A stretch of 61,668 nucleotides of DNA, the filler included. It is 5 parts of 5 records of this genome, joined end to end, with 100 filler letters (N's around TTAATTAATTAA, not from the genome) between each part and the next. Parts side by side here need not be neighbours in the genome. Positions count along the whole stretch, not along the records: positions 52,853 to 61,668 come from DRR723986_9816; 4 more parts are not named here. One strand, given 5' to 3'. This document shows, one piece after another, positions 57,914-61,668 of this stretch (position 1 is its first letter; each line of letters begins with the position of its first letter). The translations under genes and the position numbers were made by a program. Under the pieces are notes generated by a model, which did not search any database, was not told the origin of the DNA, and saw nothing but the letters and a program-made list of their open reading frames with translations.

Positions 57914-59247
57914 ACGGCAGCAATACCATGACAGATACACTTATCAGACCCGAACGTATGACTGAGAATCAAGACTTTCTGAGCGCCGCCTGCAACATTG
58001 GTGATCATCTGCTGGAAACAGCACTTTGGGATGCCGAACATGAGACCTGTAATTGGTTGGCACGGCGCGATATTGAGGATGCTGAAGTCGCACCCTACGC
58101 CGATCAAACTGCGGCGCTGAGCCCCGAAATATACAGTGGTTCGGGTGGTCTTGCATTATTCCTGGCGGAGTTATTCGGTCTAACACAAAATCCAGATTAC
58201 CGCGCGTCGGCTGTGGCGGCCTGGTTGCGATCTGTGCGTTACATGCGGACGAATGAATTCCCGGATTCGCCGCTTTCATTCTATGCCGGTAAGTTGGGTC
58301 TGCTCTATGTTGGCTACCGTATTTTGGATATGGGCCAGAATGCAGACATTAATATCGCGGCGGAACTGGACTGGTTAAGCGCTGAGCTGGAAGATGCTCT
58401 GCAAAAAGAACATTCGCTGGATGTGATTGGCGGAAATGCCGGCGCAATTCCAGCTCTGCTGTATCTGGCTGAAAAACACGACCTGGAGTTTTGTGGGCAG
58501 CTTGCCGTGGACTGCGCACAGGAAATTGTCAACAAGGCAGACTGGCAGGGGGACATGTGTTTGTGGACCTCCGAAAAGATCCACGGCATCGAGTTAAATT
58601 TGCCGCCGCTGACTGGATATTCACATGGTGCGGCGGGATTAGGGGTGGCGCTGCTTGAAGTTTATGCGGCCACGCAGAACCCAAGCTTTCTGCAACATGC
58701 GCGTGGAGCTTTTGCATTTGAAGCGGCCTATTTTAACGATGCAGAGGGCAACTGGATTGACACGCGCCATCCGCACAAGATTGAGAATGAAAAAAATATT
58801 ACGGGTACCTGCCGCAATGCCTGGTGTCACGGCGCTCCCGGAATTGCCCTGGCGCATATGCGCGCCGCCTCGCTCGATACGGAGCGCCAGGACTTTCACC
58901 GGCGAATGGCCAAAACTGCGATTGAAACCACAAAACGCGACATTGCTGTCAAGCTCAAAACTCCACGCAAAGATGCTACGCTCTGCCATGGGATTTTGGG
59001 CTCCGTTGAGATCGTGTTAACATATGGAAAATACCTGCAGGATGAGGCGGCGATTGAATTTGCGCGTTCGGTCACTTCGGCATATCTCGCAAAATTTAAC
59101 TCACCGCTGGAGATGGCCTCCGGTCTAAATACGGGTAGCTACAGCCCTTCACTGATGATTGGCCTTGCGGGAATTGGTATGCATTGTTTGCGACTGATTG
59201 ACGACTCCGTCCGCTCGGTGTTGATTACTTTGCCGGATCACGTTTAG
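57910..59247 (+). CDS. lanC: Stand-alone lanthionine synthetase C-like cyclase with intact Zn ligands
   Basis: YSGSGG.ALFL, DVIGGNAG, GYSHGAAG (catalytic His), AWCHGAPG and LCHG (Cys/Cys/His Zn triad), LMIGLAGIG. Start is TTG 57910 or ATG 57928. Confidence 0.92.
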   Translation: MNGSNTMTDTLIRPERMTENQDFLSAACNIGDHLLETALWDAEHETCNWLARRDIEDAEVAPYADQTAALSPEIYSGSGGLALFLAELFGLTQNPDYRASAVAAWLRSVRYMRTNEFPDSPLSFYAGKLGLLYVGYRILDMGQNADINIAAELDWLSAELEDALQKEHSLDVIGGNAGAIPALLYLAEKHDLEFCGQLAVDCAQEIVNKADWQGDMCLWTSEKIHGIELNLPPLTGYSHGAAGLGVALLEVYAATQNPSFLQHARGAFAFEAAYFNDAEGNWIDTRHPHKIENEKNITGTCRNAWCHGAPGIALAHMRAASLDTERQDFHRRMAKTAIETTKRDIAVKLKTPRKDATLCHGILGSVEIVLTYGKYLQDEAAIEFARSVTSAYLAKFNSPLEMASGLNTGSYSPSLMIGLAGIGMHCLRLIDDSVRSVLITLPDHV

Positions 59248-59516
59248 GATCAGGCGCCAAGGTTTGCAAAGCCCTCTATTGAATTCCGGAAAATAGTGTA
59301 TTTTGGCGCCGGCCCCGGTTTGCACCACGGGAAGCTGCCAATTAAAATACTTCACAGGACGGGTCAAAGTTCTTGTCGGGTAGCCGCTGGAGAGGAACTC
59401 TGCGCTGGAAATACGCTCTCCACTCCTTGCGAGCCACGATGATGGACAAATGATTAAGCGTCTGCACCGAAGTATTTGTCCATACAAACTCAAAACACTA
59501 TTCTTCCGGAGCGATT

Positions 59517-60557
59517 ATGTGTACACGTGTATTTAACAACCATGAAAAGACATTGCTGACAACAGGCAGAAACATGGACTGGCCCGAACAAATGGATACC
59601 AGTCTGTACTATTTTTATAGCGGACTTAACAAAACCGGTTTGCCGGCCGGAGATACTTCGGGCACTACACCCTTAAAGTGGACATCCAAATACGCTAGTG
59701 TTGTAGCCATGATTTCCAGTGCCGGTGCGGCCGATGGTTTAAACAGTGAGGGGCTGGCAGCCAACGTCCTCTATTTGGCCTGTAGCACCTACGCCGATGC
59801 CGCACAGCGCAAAGGCAAAACCGGTTTGAGTGTGCTGCGTTGGTTGCAGTACGTTGTTGACAGTTTTGCAAATGTTAATGAAGTAGTCGAGGAATTTAAG
59901 GACAACACTGAACTGGTATTGGTCGGCGCCAAAGTTCCGGGAGACTCCGGCGGTGCGGAAGCCCAGCTCCACCTTTCGATTTCCGACCGGCATGGTGATT
60001 CCGCAATCATTGAAATATTTGACGGCAAATATGTTGTGCACAGCGCCCCCAGATATCGCGTGATGACGAATGACCCGCGCTTCGGTAAACAACTTGAGAT
60101 TGACGAATATTGGCGCTGGCAATATGAAATGAAAGACAATGAAAACCCCACGTTCACGCTGCCCGGAACCGTGTATTCTGCCGATCGATTTGCCAGAGCC
60201 AGGTACTACGTGGAAAACATGGTTAAAGTTGAGGATGAACACAGTGCGGTTGCGCAAATGTTCTCTATCGTTCGCAACGCGGCCGTACCACTTGGTTACG
60301 AGGTTCCCAACCGATGCACGGGCCAACCGCAGGCTATCGCGCAAACGCTGTGGTCAACAGTTTCGGTGCATGATAATAGGACTTACTATTTCGGCGATTC
60401 TTCGACTCCCAACATTTTTTGGGTCGAGCTGCTTAAGCCCTTTTCCACGTCGGCCACAAGCTTGCAACTCGAAACCAAAGTTGATGGGCACTACGTTTTT
60501 TATGCAGGTTGTGTTAACAAGGCTTTTTCCGCAAGTACGGATCCATTTGCGGCATAA
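59517..60557 (+). CDS. Ntn-hydrolase, choloylglycine hydrolase / penicillin V acylase (linear amide C-N hydrolase) family
   Basis: N-terminal nucleophile M-C-T-R, GRNMDW, DGLNSEGL, MTNDP, S.DRF.RA; no signal peptide. Confidence 0.92.
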   Translation: MCTRVFNNHEKTLLTTGRNMDWPEQMDTSLYYFYSGLNKTGLPAGDTSGTTPLKWTSKYASVVAMISSAGAADGLNSEGLAANVLYLACSTYADAAQRKGKTGLSVLRWLQYVVDSFANVNEVVEEFKDNTELVLVGAKVPGDSGGAEAQLHLSISDRHGDSAIIEIFDGKYVVHSAPRYRVMTNDPRFGKQLEIDEYWRWQYEMKDNENPTFTLPGTVYSADRFARARYYVENMVKVEDEHSAVAQMFSIVRNAAVPLGYEVPNRCTGQPQAIAQTLWSTVSVHDNRTYYFGDSSTPNIFWVELLKPFSTSATSLQLETKVDGHYVFYAGCVNKAFSASTDPFAA

Positions 60558-60717
60558 ACTCATGCGCAAAGGCAAGTGTGTTTTTGTCTTTGCGTATGTT
60601 TTTTTGAGCGCTGTAGCTGCGCTGGGCGCTTTTTTAAAGGCATTCTTGTTTTGCACTGCTGCAAGGGTGTGAATTCGCGCAGCAGTGTTAAAACCTGGAT
60701 GTCAGATTGTTTTAGAT

Positions 60718-60768
60718 CCAGAATTAGTCCCACAGTTAATCCCACAGTTAATCCCAGAATTAATCCCA
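60718..60768. repeat. 12-nt tandem repeat CCA(GAA/CAG)TTA(A/G)TC x4
   Basis: Units at 60718, 60730, 60742 and 60754. Confidence 0.85.
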
Positions 60769-61074
60769 GGGGCCGTTTTTGTTAATGTCTTGGCATGGAT
60801 TGAATCGTATGGTTTGCGTTCATGCCTCGAAAGCGAACATGAAACCATGTTTTTGACCACTATTCTATTTGATTGACTTGGTTAAAGAGTACTCATACCC
60901 AATATGTACTGAATAAATTTCGGTGCATCAATCGCCAACAACGCTGAAAATGCCAAAGCAATCAGTAAAATTCTGAGTACGTCCAGTCCGAGTGATTCCA
61001 ACCAATTCCTTTGTTTTGCGTGGACTTGGCGTAGTAGCTTTTCCAACGTTGGTATTGTCGATAGTGCTTCCAGC

Positions 61075-61215
61075 CTTTGCATCACTGCCATTGGCAAAGC
61101 ATCTCTAACCATGAAGCGATCATTGCGTTGGCTCATGGCCCACCCGACGAAGTGTTTACTACATCCATCCATCTCGCAGGTCCGGTTTAGCCAGCCCTCC
61201 GATGTTGTGAGGCGA
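61075..61215 (-). pseudogene. IS3 family transposase (integrase core) fragment
   Basis: TTSEGWLNRTCEMDGCSKHFVGWAMSQRND..MVRDAL.MA matches the T.EGWLYLA..D..SR.IVGW.M...LV..AL..A pattern. Confidence 0.8.
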
Positions 61216-61442
61216 ACTTGGGAAGGTCATAGTCAGAATGGTTGTTCGAAATGTATAAAAACCGACCGGATCTTGTATCAGAGGATCCGGTCAGAGTGTT
61301 TCGCAAAATTCAAGACATATTGCTTCAAAGGCTTACGTTTACAGGCTCGTATAAAACCAAACCCGAGGCGGAAATTGTCGGAACAAAGCTATTTGTATTC
61401 AGCGAGTGACAAACAATCATGTTAAATCACACGAAATACTGG

Positions 61443-61667
61443 TTAAGGGTCTATGTAGAGCGGGCAGGATGTGCTTGGAGTATAATACTCGCTGTCAGCT
61501 GCTACTGAATCACCGTCAAGATCATAAGCGAAGTTGATAGTCATCACATAGTTTTGACCGTGGGCCAGACCTGCTTCATTGCAACGAATTCTAGGTCTCC
61601 CAGAAAGATCAGTCTGCGATGATCTCAGTTGAGCGACCAAAACACTATTTTGGTAAAATTTGTATTC
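61443..61667 (-). CDS. C-terminal end of an unknown CDS entering from the window edge
   Basis: The frame is open from the window end (EYKFYQNSVLVAQ...) to the stop at 61443. Confidence 0.5.
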   Translation of the reverse strand, partial: EYKFYQNSVLVAQLRSSQTDLSGRPRIRCNEAGLAHGQNYVMTINFAYDLDGDSVAADSEYYTPSTSCPLYIDP

Positions 61668-61668
61668 A

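Noticed and set aside
54978-59247. Canonical class V (AviCys) lanthipeptide or thioamitide cluster
   Set aside because: No LanD decarboxylase or YcaO/TfuA on the contig, and cores end in CSF rather than a C-terminal Cys.

Overview
The window is five unrelated contigs joined by artificial 100-nt linkers (N44-TTAATTAATTAA-N44) at 9016-9115, 14709-14808, 28567-28666 and 52753-52852, so gene context must not be read across them. Contig 1 (1-9015, probably proteobacterial) is the end of an island integrated at tRNA-Arg(ACG). It carries an att fragment, parD with a truncated parE, and a MarR-controlled P450 / RND / hotdog-thioesterase module. Contig 2 (9116-14708, Rhodobacteraceae-like) has a partial copA with a CueR-type promoter, a Thr/Ser dehydratase, manC, a methyltransferase and a partial rfbA. 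Contig 3 (14809-28566, Rhodobacteraceae-like) is a capsule/EPS export locus (NusG paralog, priming transferase, wza, yjbH/yjbF, wzc) with an intact IS66 and IS1380, IS3 and IS5 pieces. Contig 4 (28667-52752, planctomycete-like) holds ordinary chromosomal genes including a divergent dnaA, nupC, an SSS symporter and a large beta-helix protein. Contig 5 (52853-61668, taxon unknown) has the most interesting feature, a compact RiPP cluster. A 200-aa, essentially leaderless precursor carries six near-identical GCPVI(M/A)LTTACSF cores plus a seventh variant core. It is followed by an APH-type kinase, a HopA1-like lyase and a stand-alone Zn-type LanC cyclase, with an Ntn-hydrolase just downstream. This looks like a multi-core lanthipeptide system pairing a class V-type split dehydratase with a class I/II-type cyclase. 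All family assignments come from motifs recognised by eye, not from database searches.
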